Source: an uncultured Methanomicrobiales archaeon (GTDB taxonomy: Archaea; Halobacteriota; Methanomicrobia; Methanomicrobiales; Methanospirillaceae). Taken from it: 64,000 nucleotides of DNA. This document shows positions 10,951 to 21,523 of this stretch, piece by piece. The translations under genes were made by a program, and so were the position numbers. The stretch spans positions 320,001-384,000 of the forward strand of contig CAVWXH010000016.1 of NCBI GenBank assembly GCA_963758915.1, read 5' to 3'. The number at the start of each line of letters is the position of its first letter. The first letter of the stretch is position 1. The notes under the pieces were generated by a model that did not search any database, was not told the origin of the DNA, and saw only the letters and a list, made by a program, of their open reading frames with translations.

Positions 10951-12687
10951 TCATGTAATAACGAGATAGGCAATAAGTGAAAGGAGGAACGCGAGCAATA
11001 GCAGAGCGATACTGATAGGTCCAATCAATGAGAGCATGGCATTTACAGCACTTGCAAGTTGTGCAATACGCTGAGATCCGAATATGACAATTTTTTCACA
11101 TTCAACAGTACTGCCTGCCACTTCTGCTTCTGCGATATCGGCAAGTGCATCGTTGAGTGCATCCTCAACAAGGGGGACCAGCGATTCAACGGGGACACGG
11201 AGACCGACCGGATTAGTTCCCGATATCGTATTCACAACATGGGAATCCGTCGTCATCACCTCTATCTCATCCACGACTCCAAAAAACCGGTCCCTGATTA
11301 CCTCCCTCACTCCCTCCTGGATATTGTTGCCGTCGAATAGGACGTAGGCAGTGGTCTGTCCTCCGGCTGATACGGCAAGCACCTGGATGCCCTGGTCTCC
11401 AAACCCCTCCTCGCGGGAGTAAGGGACCGCGCTATGGGCTGCACCAATCCTCAGCGGGTAGGATTCCATTTGTGAATAACGCCTGAAAGCCTCTTTACTG
11501 GCGTTCATGTATTCCCGTGCAATCGCAGTCGCCGGATGTACCGGAGTCATATCTTTAGTACTACAATTATGGGCATCAACGAAGAGGATATCCGGGCTTA
11601 CACTGTGTCCTTCTGCCATTATCGTCATCCCGATATTGAAGTCCAGGTCCTCGGTCCTCAGTGGTGAACGGGTACTGACGATAAGGAGCGCATCACCAAA
11701 CCGTTGCACAAGAAGTGAAACAGACCCTGACTGTATGCGTTCTGACCTGCTTGCGGTTTTATGGAACGTAAGGTCATTCATCGGGCCCCGCATTGCAGCG
11801 ACAATTTTCTGGATCTCTTTCTCTGATACCAGGTTGAAATCGTGAGTGGCACACCCATGGGGGACCATGACGATACCTTCAAACGCTTCATGAAGGCACC
11901 GGGGGATGTTCCCTCCGCCAATATCCCCCATCGGGCCGGGGTGAACATTCGGCACCGTAAAGATTACGCTGGCATTCCCGTTTTTCCTGAAAAAAAGGCT
12001 TGCCTGGGGGACGTAGACTTCCTCACCGATCTCGCGGAAGAAGTCTTCCATCCCCTTTGAGCCATCGGTAAGGTGTGCAATGAACGCATTCAGGAACGAT
12101 AGGACCCTGATATTAAAGGCACGCTGAAGTGGTCGTTCTATCAACCAGAGGAGCAGGATAAACATCAGGACAAAGACGATCACAAGTACAACCGCAAGCG
12201 TGAAGAACGGGGATGGGAAGAGCAGCGTCCCAAGAATTATCGCTGTGGCTGCCTGAAATAATGCCGGGATGAGCATACGGGCTACCCGGTAGTCTGAAAT
12301 TGCGACCAGTACCATCAGCCTGATCCCGGATATAAAACCAAGCGATATACCAAAGAACAGGGGTATCAGGCTGACTGAAAATATCATGGCTGACAGGGTA
12401 ATAATTACCGAGAAAACCGTGCACGCGAGTGCCAGTAGCCCTGACCGGTTCCAGGTCATCTGTTTTCCAAAAAGGTTGATGTACGGTTTTGTGCAGAGAA
12501 ATGCAACAATCGCCGGGATAGTAAACCCAAGCGTCCCTAAAAATACGAAACCTCCGTAAATCCTGATACTTGCACCATCTATAATGAGCCCCAGGATTAC
12601 CAGTATCAGGAGCGATAACGGCCAGGAAGGTGCATTAAAGAGGTACCTGCTGAGTCGTTCAAGGCGCACGTCACCGGCTACAGCCAT
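10951..12687 (-). CDS. DUF2070 family membrane protein
   Basis: Multiple N-terminal TMs; motifs VHPGPMGDIGGGN, PHGCATHDFN, FVDAHN, DGNN, TTDSH. Confidence 0.85.
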   Translation of the reverse strand: MAVAGDVRLERLSRYLFNAPSWPLSLLILVILGLIIDGASIRIYGGFVFLGTLGFTIPAIVAFLCTKPYINLFGKQMTWNRSGLLALACTVFSVIITLSAMIFSVSLIPLFFGISLGFISGIRLMVLVAISDYRVARMLIPALFQAATAIILGTLLFPSPFFTLAVVLVIVFVLMFILLLWLIERPLQRAFNIRVLSFLNAFIAHLTDGSKGMEDFFREIGEEVYVPQASLFFRKNGNASVIFTVPNVHPGPMGDIGGGNIPRCLHEAFEGIVMVPHGCATHDFNLVSEKEIQKIVAAMRGPMNDLTFHKTASRSERIQSGSVSLLVQRFGDALLIVSTRSPLRTEDLDFNIGMTIMAEGHSVSPDILFVDAHNCSTKDMTPVHPATAIAREYMNASKEAFRRYSQMESYPLRIGAAHSAVPYSREEGFGDQGIQVLAVSAGGQTTAYVLFDGNNIQEGVREVIRDRFFGVVDEIEVMTTDSHVVNTISGTNPVGLRVPVESLVPLVEDALNDALADIAEAEVAGSTVECEKIVIFGSQRIAQLASAVNAMLSLIGPISIALLLLAFLLSLIAYLVIT

Positions 12688-13346
12688 CAGGAGAAACCCC
12701 CTAATACCAGTTCATTCCGACCAGCCCCATGATGTATGACCCTTGTACTGGTATATCTGAGCGGTCGTGAATAAAATGGGGCATTCAGCGCAAGGCTTTC
12801 GTATTCGCCACCTTCTCCGGCCAGGTGAATATGATGGCGGGCTGAAATTTGCCTGAGTCGCCCTATAAAGTCCTTATCGATATGCCTGCCCAGCAACTCT
12901 TCGGATAATCCATCTGCCGCTGTCACCACGATGATGGCATCCAGTCGCTCCGCGACTTCACAGAGAAGCTGTTCAGGGTCCATCTGCCAGAGTGGCGCAA
13001 AGACTTCGATCCCAAGGGTGTCTGCAATGGTATGGACACGTTCATTCTGGTACATTGAATTCACAGCACCAACGGTTATCCCATTAATTTCCAGTTTTTC
13101 GAGGCCACGGGCAAGGTCTTGTAATTCGTCTTCTTTCTCCCCTTTTGTATGGATTTCAGCATATCCTATCCCGGAAAGACGCGCGATAACTGGTACAGCA
13201 TCCAGGTTGGAGCTGTGAAACATGAAAGAGTCGGGGTTTTCCGGCCGGACTGTGACAAGGTGGGTGACATGGATCCCCTGGTCAATTGCTTTCTGGACTG
13301 AAAGTATCGAATCCTTTCCGCCAGATGTGAGTGCCGCAAACCCCAT
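12687..13346 (-). CDS. Diphthine--ammonia ligase (PP-loop ATPase, Dph6/MJ0570 family)
   Basis: SGGKDS PP-loop, SFMFH, PLW, GEGGEYES; start taken at MGFAAL (13346). Confidence 0.85.
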   Translation of the reverse strand: MGFAALTSGGKDSILSVQKAIDQGIHVTHLVTVRPENPDSFMFHSSNLDAVPVIARLSGIGYAEIHTKGEKEDELQDLARGLEKLEINGITVGAVNSMYQNERVHTIADTLGIEVFAPLWQMDPEQLLCEVAERLDAIIVVTAADGLSEELLGRHIDKDFIGRLRQISARHHIHLAGEGGEYESLALNAPFYSRPLRYTSTRVIHHGAGRNELVLGGFS

Positions 13347-13353
13347 GATACTA

Positions 13354-14250
13354 TTAATTCGATCTCGTTGGTTGTAAAAGGCTTCCAAAAGACTTCCCGT
13401 AACGGGCTTCCATCTGTTCCCAGCCTGGCAGGTTTGTCTGGCAGCCTATTTTCTCTACCGCGAAGGATGCGGTAATGGTACCTATTTTGCAGGCTGTCAG
13501 GGTTTCATAACCCCGGTAATATGCAGTCAGGAAACCTGCGCGGTATGCATCACCTGCTCCGGTCGGATCGGCCATTGTTACCGGGTATGCAGGTATCAGG
13601 GAAGAATCCCCTTTCTCGTAAAGGACACTTCCCTCTTTACCCATGGTAATGATGACCACCGGTACACGATTGATGATCTCCTGCTTACATGTACCGAGAA
13701 TCTTCTCCATTCCTGTGATCTCATGCTGGTTTGCAAATAATACATTGATATTGGCAAGGATTGCATCGAGTTGTTCTTTTGTATAGCGATGAAGGTCCTG
13801 TCCGGGATCGAATGTTGCAAATTCACTCCGTTCGGAGACCCTGACATTAAATCCAGGGTCTGCCGTTGCCATGTGAACAAACGGAAGTTTGGGTGCGTCC
13901 TCATGTTCGAACGCTGCCGATGCCCCCCACTCAAAAAAAGTGATCTGGTCGCCTGCCTCGTCGGTGAACATGAATGCCGTGGCCGTATGGGCACCGGGGA
14001 TGGTAAAGAATTGCCTGGTAATTCCTAGTTGTTCCATCCATTCCTCATATTCACTACCGGGAAAATCGCCCCCCACTGCGCTCACAAGGGTACAGGGCTC
14101 ATCGAGCTTCGCAATCCCTGCTGCGATGTTAGCCGCCCCGCCTCCGAAATATACCTTACGGTCAAGGATATTGATTGAACCATTCACTGGCGGGAACCGG
14201 GGGACACGGCTGATATGATCAATTGCCGTGTGCCCGACCACCGAGATCAT
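13354..14250 (-). CDS. PfkB-family carbohydrate/nucleoside kinase
   Basis: [29 protein letters not shown]. Confidence 0.9.
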   Translation of the reverse strand: MISVVGHTAIDHISRVPRFPPVNGSINILDRKVYFGGGAANIAAGIAKLDEPCTLVSAVGGDFPGSEYEEWMEQLGITRQFFTIPGAHTATAFMFTDEAGDQITFFEWGASAAFEHEDAPKLPFVHMATADPGFNVRVSERSEFATFDPGQDLHRYTKEQLDAILANINVLFANQHEITGMEKILGTCKQEIINRVPVVIITMGKEGSVLYEKGDSSLIPAYPVTMADPTGAGDAYRAGFLTAYYRGYETLTACKIGTITASFAVEKIGCQTNLPGWEQMEARYGKSFGSLLQPTRSN

Positions 14251-14723
14251 TGTTCCTCTTTACCTGCGACCCTATCGAATAGATCTCCCGGTTCGTCTCT
14301 TTCCGGTACATATGGCTTCTCTCTTCCGGATTTTTCTTTTTTAGGCTTCTTCTGGTCGTATAGCACTTGTTTGTTTTTCTCCTCGTTTATCTCCTGCACG
14401 TCCTTTACCTGCAGCGGGATATCGCGGAGTGCTTTTCCAATCGTCGACTTTGCGATCCGTGATGCGTGTTCGGATGACTCTGCACGGAATACTTTCATAT
14501 CAAGGAGGAGCCCGACAAGTGCGGTGTCTGCTACCACAATCGCACTGTTTAGTTCTCCTTCACAAAACGGGCAGGCTAGCATTCCTGCCTCCACTTCTAC
14601 AAATTTTGCCTGGGGGTTCAGGCGCTTCCCTGCCTCGCTGATTGCAATCCCTATCGCATCATCAAGAGACTTCACGTCTTTTATAATCCAGGCTGATTCA
14701 AGTGTGACATTATAATCGGGCAT
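14247..14723 (-). CDS. DUF555 (UPF0212) family protein
   Basis: [48 protein letters not shown]. Confidence 0.85.
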   Translation of the reverse strand: MPDYNVTLESAWIIKDVKSLDDAIGIAISEAGKRLNPQAKFVEVEAGMLACPFCEGELNSAIVVADTALVGLLLDMKVFRAESSEHASRIAKSTIGKALRDIPLQVKDVQEINEEKNKQVLYDQKKPKKEKSGREKPYVPERDEPGDLFDRVAGKEEQ

Positions 14724-14781
14724 TGTTACTACATCTCCATTTTTTTACTATATGATTTCCAGCTGAACCCGGTGTTTCCGG

Positions 14782-15310
14782 TTACCAGGCATCGAAATGC
14801 ACATGCTCACCCACGGCCATGCGTTCTGTCAGCGCCCCATGGGGTCTTCCTCTTCCCACGGTGAGTATTGCTACGGCCCTGATATGGGGGGGAAGCCCGA
14901 GAATATCGCGCACCCCGTCTTCATCGAATGCGCCGACCCAGCAGGAATGGAGGCGCCTTGAATGGGCGGCCAGCATCATGTAGGTACACGCGATGGTCGC
15001 GTCCTGCACGGCATACAAAATACCACGTTCACCATACCGGGACATTGAACGCACGTAATTTGCGCAGATAACGAAGAGGACCGGTGCGGCCTCCAGTTGG
15101 GGCTGATCATATGAAGCCCCCACAAGTGCCTCCTTCTGGTCGGTTTCACGTGACGACAATTACATCCCAGGCCTCCAGGTTTCCTGCACTCGGGGCAGTG
15201 CTGGCACTGTCGAGGAGGAAAACGATATCATCTTCGGTAAGCTCCTCGTCGAGATAATCCCTGACAGAGGTCCTGCTGATGAGGAAATCCAGAAATTCAG
15301 ATGAGTCCAT
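14782..15310 (-). CDS. Nitroreductase family protein (one frameshift near 15150)
   Basis: RTSVRDY...APSAGNLEAW in ORF 15146-15343 continues as QDATIAC..MMLAA...SCWVGAFDE in ORF 14782-15159. Confidence 0.8.
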
Positions 15311-15659
15311 GTTCGTCAAGTACCTGCCAGGAGGCCTGAGCAACTGTCGTTGAACCGGTTACTGCTTCACTGATCCGCAAAGAAGCAGGCCCGTACTGCC
15401 CACTCTCAACAAGGCTGATCGCTTCAGACAAGAGGTCAGTCGAACGGCGAAACCCGGACTGTTCGGTTGAACGTAATGCCATCTGCAGTTCGGCACGGAC
15501 CGCTTCCATGCTCATGATAAGCATCCTCCGGCCTCCTGCCCGTTCATTTTCCGGGAAACTTCCAAGGGCCGTGACCAGTTGAGAGCAGACAATCAGTTCA
15601 CTTTTTGCACGGTCTGCAAACTGGTAGTTCTTTATTGCAGCTTTAAGATCCATACTCAA
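15297..15659 (-). CDS. Conserved hypothetical helical protein
   Basis: 120-aa ORF overlapping the nitroreductase start; operon-like arrangement. Confidence 0.7.
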   Translation of the reverse strand: MSMDLKAAIKNYQFADRAKSELIVCSQLVTALGSFPENERAGGRRMLIMSMEAVRAELQMALRSTEQSGFRRSTDLLSEAISLVESGQYGPASLRISEAVTGSTTVAQASWQVLDEHGLI

Positions 15660-15779
15660 TTGAAACTCCGCTGATTAATGATAGTTATGATGATAGGTAT
15701 GAATGCGTGAAAAAATGTTTCAGGAAGAATTTGTCCCGCCATGACCGGGACATGAACATTCCTGAAGGTATTTCTGATA

Positions 15780-16103
15780 TTATCTGGCGGATTTCTGCTT
15801 TGCGCCCATTATCGATACTTTAGCGCGGCGCATTGATTTCCGCACGATGGTATCTGCAGGGTTCCCCATTTCGCGGCCCCTGCCGCCACGGCCTCCTCTG
15901 CCGCCCCTGCTTCCACCTCTTCGTCCGCCTGGCCGGCCCCCCTGGTCTCCGGCGAGCTGCTCGAGCTTTTTAAGCGTGGCGCCGGCCCTGAACCGCTGGT
16001 TAGGCCCTGGTCTCTTTACTTCACCTTCTGATTTCGGGACAAGCCGGATCTGGCCTTTTACGCCTTTGACCTGTACCCATTGTGTTGTTCCTGTCTTTCC
16101 CAT
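15780..16103 (-). CDS. DUF5350-like basic protein with RGG-rich insert
   Basis: MGKTGTTQWVQVKGVKGQIRLVP...PGPNQRF; GGRPGGRRGGSRGGRGGRGGRG. Confidence 0.7.
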   Translation of the reverse strand: MGKTGTTQWVQVKGVKGQIRLVPKSEGEVKRPGPNQRFRAGATLKKLEQLAGDQGGRPGGRRGGSRGGRGGRGGRGREMGNPADTIVRKSMRRAKVSIMGAKQKSAR

Positions 16104-16203
16104 GAAACTCCTTTATGATTAAAGCAGGATTCTTCATAAAGTTTCGCCATTATCCCCCTGAATCATGGGAAGAATATAAGAAAAAGTACCGGAAATTACC
16201 GGA

Positions 16204-18042
16204 CTACCGGGATTTGCAGACCCGTTCGATCTCCTTACGCAGGAGTTCGCTCACTATTTTCCCGTCCGATGAACCCCGGACTTCAGCCATTACGACGCCC
16301 ATGAGCGGCGCAAGAGCCGCATTGCCTTTCTCCTGCACAAAAGCCGCCCTTTCATCAACAATTTTTGTAATAATCGCATGGAGCTGGTCGCGGCTTATGG
16401 CCGGTGCACATTTTTTTATTGCTTCATCGGTGCCGGATCCGTTTGCGACCATCCGTAATAGTTCAGGGATTGCTTCTTTTGCTGCGTTTCCTGATTCAAC
16501 CGCATGCAGTACTTCAATGAACCGGTCATCCGAAATCATTGAGATATCTGTCCCGTCGCGTTGGATCTCCTTGAGTGTCCCAAGGATTGTGCGGGCGGCA
16601 AGTGTCGGGTTGATCCTTTCCGTAACTGCCCGTTCAAATAACGGAAGCCGTTCGGAGAAGGCGATCTGCCGTGCCAGCCCCTCATCAATGCCGAGTTCCG
16701 TGCTGAAACGGAGTGCCCGCACGGTAAGGAGTTCAGGCAGGGAAATACTGTCCCACATGGAGGGATCAACGAGTACAGGAAGTACATCTGTCTCGGGATA
16801 CATCCTCGCCGCACCCGGTAATGGTCGCATATAGGCTGTATTTCCCTCGGGAAGCATCTTCCTCGTCTCTTCCGGTACCCCTTCCAGTGCAAACCCGGCC
16901 CGCTTGATGACCTGCATGGCCGCACAATGTGCCTGCTTTGGTGTTGCTGCAACAAGGACTATACAGTCCTTTTCAGTTGTACCAAGTGCTTTATGGAGTG
17001 CTTCTACCTCCTCGGTAGTAATCCCGTATGCAGGAAGTTCATCGGTATGGAAAATACCCCCTACCCCACACTTTTTAGCGTAATCAGACATCTCGGTACC
17101 GAGCCGCCGCCCGGGCTGGATCTCGTACCCTACAAGGCCGGAAAACCCGTTAAGGCAGACTGCAAGGATCATTTTCGCTTTTTTGAGGATTGAGGACCCG
17201 GTACCGGCAAAGAGACCTGTCACATCAACAGGAGCAGGTTGAACAAAGGCCCCGCGGGATACCAGCTGGTCCCTGATCATTATCAGGTTCTGCTGACGTA
17301 ATGCCTCGCGTTTCACTACGTCTGCAACGAGGTCAAGTTCCTGTACCCCTTTTACCTCGATCCGTGCACCACCCGTAATGGATATATTGACATCCTGCCT
17401 GATCGTCCCGAGCCCGCGTTTCACCTGGCCGGTTGAACGGAGGACCATGCCGAGATACCCTGCCATCTCCCTGACTTCTTCGGGTGTATGCATGCAGGGG
17501 GAGGTAGTAATCTCCACCAAAGGAATTCCGAGACGGTCGAGTGAGAAGGTCTCACCCTCCACGCGTTGTGCCGCTTCCTCCTCGAGACAGAGAGTCTCAA
17601 TCTTTCCGCCATTTGGAAGGGTGCCGTTTACGGCGATCAATGCAGTACGCTGGAACCCGCTTGTGTTCGAACCATCGATAACAAGTTTACGCATCATATT
17701 AATCTGTTCGATCGGGGTCATGCCGAACATTTTTGCAATGGTAAGGCTGAGTACCAGGGCTTCCTGGTTGAGCGGTGCCGGGGGCTCCTCGTCATTCTCT
17801 ACAAGGCAGGTCGAATCATACGTGTAATAGGTGAATTTCCTCTCACGTTTCATCTCTTCCCGGGCAGCGTCATCGATCTCCCCCATCTCGCTCTCGGTCG
17901 CACGGAGGTACCGGTGGTATTCCCCCGAATGCTCCTCTGTCCTCCGGAGCAGGGTCGGACACCTGCAGAAGAGTTTTTCTCTGGTATCGAGCTGCTGGTG
18001 GATTTCAATCCCTGCAAGGAGCCCGATTTTTTCATAGTCCAT
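16204..18042 (-). CDS. gatE: Glutamyl-tRNA(Gln) amidotransferase subunit E
   Basis: GIEIHQQL, RKLVIDGSNTSGFQRT, LDRLGIPLVEI, RGLGTIRQDVNISI, RPLPGAARMYPETD. Confidence 0.97.
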   Translation of the reverse strand: MDYEKIGLLAGIEIHQQLDTREKLFCRCPTLLRRTEEHSGEYHRYLRATESEMGEIDDAAREEMKRERKFTYYTYDSTCLVENDEEPPAPLNQEALVLSLTIAKMFGMTPIEQINMMRKLVIDGSNTSGFQRTALIAVNGTLPNGGKIETLCLEEEAAQRVEGETFSLDRLGIPLVEITTSPCMHTPEEVREMAGYLGMVLRSTGQVKRGLGTIRQDVNISITGGARIEVKGVQELDLVADVVKREALRQQNLIMIRDQLVSRGAFVQPAPVDVTGLFAGTGSSILKKAKMILAVCLNGFSGLVGYEIQPGRRLGTEMSDYAKKCGVGGIFHTDELPAYGITTEEVEALHKALGTTEKDCIVLVAATPKQAHCAAMQVIKRAGFALEGVPEETRKMLPEGNTAYMRPLPGAARMYPETDVLPVLVDPSMWDSISLPELLTVRALRFSTELGIDEGLARQIAFSERLPLFERAVTERINPTLAARTILGTLKEIQRDGTDISMISDDRFIEVLHAVESGNAAKEAIPELLRMVANGSGTDEAIKKCAPAISRDQLHAIITKIVDERAAFVQEKGNAALAPLMGVVMAEVRGSSDGKIVSELLRKEIERVCKSR

Positions 18043-19267
18043 GGAGCGACCTCCTCATGCATTCACCCTTTAAGGAAGAGGAAAGGAGCAGGCGCTGTTT
18101 CTCCGGGTCCTTTTCATTGCCAAGCACCCACATCATCTTAACGAGTGCTACTTCGGGCAGTGTATCGGCACCTTCTATTACCCCGATTTTCAGGAGGTCA
18201 CGGCCGGTGTCATACACGCGGTCACAGACCCGCCCGTTCAGGCACTGGGAGGTCATCATAGTCATAGTCCCTTCTTCGGCCAGTGTTTTGAGGGCTGGTA
18301 TCCAGTCTGTGCTCACGTGACCAAGGCCGGTGCCCGCGAGGACGAGTCCGTGCACCTCCCCGGCATCGGGGAGTGCAGATGGTGGCATTCCCGGGTAAAA
18401 GTACAGGAGCCTGCAGGACTCATCAAGATCCGGCCTGATGGACGGTTCAAGGGACCCCCGTCTTACCGCCCCGGGTGACAGGTGAATGTCCAGGGAAGGA
18501 TAGTCCACGTAACCCAGTGGCGCTATGCCAATACTCTGGAACGCATCGCGCCGCGATGTATGCATCTTCCTGACTCTCGTTGCCCGGTGGACCGCACAGC
18601 GGTCATCACTGGTCGAGGCATGCATTACAACTGCCACTTCCCCGAGGGGGCTGACTGCGGCAGTCGCACTGCATAACGCGTTCATAGTATTATCACTGCT
18701 CGGCCGGTCAGCCGATCTCTGGGAGCCGACAAATATGACCGGCACCGGGGTATCGACCATGAAACTGACTGCAGCTGAACTATAGGACATCGTATCCGTG
18801 CCGTGTGTTACGATAACCCCCGTGGCCCCCTCCTGAATCTCTTTATACACTGCTGCTGCAAGTTCCTGCCATATTGCAGGGGTCATATTTTCAGAGAGGA
18901 TCGTGTACAACTGTGTTGTCCGGTACCTGGCAATTCCTGAAAGACCTGGTATTGCCCTTAAAATATCATCGGCATCGAACTGGCTTGTTACAGCACCTGT
19001 ACGATAATCAATCCTGCTTGCAATTGTCCCGCCCGTTGAAATAATCGAAAGGGACGGGAGCGAATCATCCTGCGTGGTTGATATTTCACGTCGCCCGGTC
19101 TGTTCAGGTCGTTCCATGAACCTGCAGGTCCCGCTTCCTATACCGATGTTATACCCGCTGTCAAGCTTGACTACGGCTTTTCCCTCTCTGCGGGTAATAT
19201 ATGTCCCGTTAAACCGGGTGCCGGCGTATGTGCACTCAACCCTGTCGCCGGTTTTCAGTTCTTCCAT
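18032..19267 (-). CDS. gatD: Glutamyl-tRNA(Gln) amidotransferase subunit D
   Basis: KLDSGYNIG, STGGTIASRIDYRTGAV, HGTDTM, SQRSADRPSSD, RKMHTSRRDAF. Confidence 0.97.
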   Translation of the reverse strand: MEELKTGDRVECTYAGTRFNGTYITRREGKAVVKLDSGYNIGIGSGTCRFMERPEQTGRREISTTQDDSLPSLSIISTGGTIASRIDYRTGAVTSQFDADDILRAIPGLSGIARYRTTQLYTILSENMTPAIWQELAAAVYKEIQEGATGVIVTHGTDTMSYSSAAVSFMVDTPVPVIFVGSQRSADRPSSDNTMNALCSATAAVSPLGEVAVVMHASTSDDRCAVHRATRVRKMHTSRRDAFQSIGIAPLGYVDYPSLDIHLSPGAVRRGSLEPSIRPDLDESCRLLYFYPGMPPSALPDAGEVHGLVLAGTGLGHVSTDWIPALKTLAEEGTMTMMTSQCLNGRVCDRVYDTGRDLLKIGVIEGADTLPEVALVKMMWVLGNEKDPEKQRLLLSSSLKGECMRRSLHGL

Positions 19268-20745
19268 TATTGTACAAGCCCCCCTGCCTCTTTCAGCATT
19301 GTTTCAATGGCATGCCGGACGCCTCTTATTTTTGAATCTGTAATTTTCTGGTCCCTGTTAAGTCTCTCTCTTGCAAGGGCAATTGCTTCTGCAGTCGCGG
19401 AAGGTGCAGGTCCGCCAGGGTGGTCCCGCGTGGCAACACTACTCTCGACTGATAATGCGGTTATAACCTGCTTTTCGGTAAGGCCCCGTTCTGACAGAGT
19501 TTTTCCTGTTATCGCCACTGCCGCAGCATCAAGAGTTTTTATATCCAGACTTCCGGTTTTCACTGCCCTGCCTACGATACTATGGGCAGTCCGGAATGGC
19601 ATGGCACACTCCGTGGCCAGGAGGTCTGCCACGTCCGTGGCTGTGGACATGCCTCTCCCTGCCTCGGTTTTCATCCGGGCAGTATCGAACCGGGCACCTG
19701 ATACCATGCCGGGCAGCAGGTGCAGGCTCATGGTAGCATCCCTGGCCCCTCTCCATAGGTGCGGTGTCAGCTCCTGGAGGTCCCGGTTATAACTCATAGG
19801 CAGGCCCTTGGTGATTACTAGTGCTGCTGTATATGCTCCTGCCACTGATCCTGCCTTAGCCCTCATTATCTCAGCCGTGTCCGGATTTTTCTTTTGTGGC
19901 ATGATTGAACTGGTAGAACAGAACTGGTCATCGAGGCTGACAAAGCCGGTGAACGAAGAGCTCCAAAGGACCAGCTCTTCACAAAGCCTGCTCACGGTTG
20001 CCATCATAATCGAAAGGTCTGAGAGGACTTCCAGGGCAAAATCCCGCGTCGCGACTGCATCCATTGTATTCATGATAATCCCGTCAAATCCGAGCAGACT
20101 GGCGGTATAATCGCGGTCTATCCGGTACCCGGTTGATGCAAATGCAGCAGCACCAAGGGGGGACTGGTTGACCCGTGCGTACGCCTCGTTCAACCGGTCA
20201 AAATCACGGGAAAATGCCTGTTCGTAGGCAAGAAGGTGGTGGGCAAGAGTCGTTGGCTGGGCATGCTGGAAGTGGGTGAACCCTGGCATAAACGACTCAC
20301 GGTGTTGTTGTGCGCATCTGATAAGGACTTCCCTGAGTTTTACAAGTGAACTCATCTGTCCGAGCAGTTCATCCCTTACGTGGAGCCTGATACAGGCCGC
20401 AACCTCATCATTTCTTGAACGCCCGATATGGAGTCTCCCACCTGCCTCTTCACCTGCAGCACCGATCAGCACTGACTCGATACCCGCATGGATATCCTCG
20501 AAATGATCTGAAAAGGCCTCCTCAGGAACTCCATTACCCTGCATGCCGAGGAGCACCTTCATGATGGCAACGGCGTTGTCATGATCAATCACGTCCTGCC
20601 GTTTCAGCATGAGGAGATGTGCTATATCCACGAGCAGATCTGCCTCCGCAATACTCCGGTCCGCCTCCATTGAGGAAAGGAACTGTTTAATCCCCGGTAC
20701 CCTTTCACCCGACAGGCGGCCTCGCCTGACTACATCTTCCTGCAT
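19267..20745 (-). CDS. argH: Argininosuccinate lyase
   Basis: EDIH, GRSRNDEVA, MPGFTHFQHAQP, SSIMPQKKNPD, YNRDLQE. Confidence 0.97.
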   Translation of the reverse strand: MQEDVVRRGRLSGERVPGIKQFLSSMEADRSIAEADLLVDIAHLLMLKRQDVIDHDNAVAIMKVLLGMQGNGVPEEAFSDHFEDIHAGIESVLIGAAGEEAGGRLHIGRSRNDEVAACIRLHVRDELLGQMSSLVKLREVLIRCAQQHRESFMPGFTHFQHAQPTTLAHHLLAYEQAFSRDFDRLNEAYARVNQSPLGAAAFASTGYRIDRDYTASLLGFDGIIMNTMDAVATRDFALEVLSDLSIMMATVSRLCEELVLWSSSFTGFVSLDDQFCSTSSIMPQKKNPDTAEIMRAKAGSVAGAYTAALVITKGLPMSYNRDLQELTPHLWRGARDATMSLHLLPGMVSGARFDTARMKTEAGRGMSTATDVADLLATECAMPFRTAHSIVGRAVKTGSLDIKTLDAAAVAITGKTLSERGLTEKQVITALSVESSVATRDHPGGPAPSATAEAIALARERLNRDQKITDSKIRGVRHAIETMLKEAGGLVQ

Positions 20746-20788
20746 CGACCGTAATCACTCCTGTTTATAAATTGGCCGCCGGATGAGA

Positions 20789-21322
20789 TTAAAGCCACGC
20801 TTTTCTTGAGGCAAGCTCTATCGCCCGCTGGACTGATTCCTTTGGAATTATTGTTGCCACAGGGATGTGGACTAGCTGTTCAATGACACTGCTCACGATA
20901 GGGGCGCAGACGATAGCAATTGCACCTTCCCGTTCAGCCCTGACCGATGCGACAATTGCGTCCTCCATGGTATGCACAGGATATTCACGTATATTTATAC
21001 GGTGGCCTTCAACGTCAGCGATCCGTTCTATCACGATATCAAGTACCGGACGTGCTGCAATGAGGCCAATAAATTCTTCCTCGCTATGCCGGTAATACCG
21101 CCGTAATGCCCGGACTATCGCCCGCAATGTAGAAAGGTTCGGGGAGCGTTTGCCATGCAGTATTTTATAGAGGGAACTCTGGGCTATGCCACTTTCGAGC
21201 GATAACTCACGGATCGTAATTCTCAAATCCTTTCGGAGAATATCGTTAAGAGCGAGGACAAACTCTTCATCTGATAACAGGGCCGCCCGCATGAGCTTGT
21301 CTACAGGGTCCATCTGTACCAT
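20789..21322 (-). CDS. XRE/Cro-type HTH transcriptional regulator with C-terminal ligand-binding-like domain
   Basis: ITIRELSLESGIAQSSLYKILHGKRSPNLSTL HTH; C-terminal IVCAPIV motif; divergent from the ABC operon. Confidence 0.8.
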   Translation of the reverse strand: MVQMDPVDKLMRAALLSDEEFVLALNDILRKDLRITIRELSLESGIAQSSLYKILHGKRSPNLSTLRAIVRALRRYYRHSEEEFIGLIAARPVLDIVIERIADVEGHRINIREYPVHTMEDAIVASVRAEREGAIAIVCAPIVSSVIEQLVHIPVATIIPKESVQRAIELASRKAWL

Positions 21323-21523
21323 AGTGGTGATACAATAAGGATAATTAATTATAATAATATTCGTTTTGTGCCAGAGATATCACTAATAAAATACCTTAAA
21401 ATGGACATTTATAATATTCATACTATCCAATAGTAAATCATAATACCAATTATAGGTACAATTGTATCTTTATTTTATCCTTAAAATGAATCTATAAATA
21501 TTGTCAGGTTGACATCTTATCAT

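Noticed and set aside
16115-20506. Long plus-strand ORFs antisense to gatE/gatD/argH (and similar shadows elsewhere)
   Set aside because: Antisense shadows of well-supported genes.
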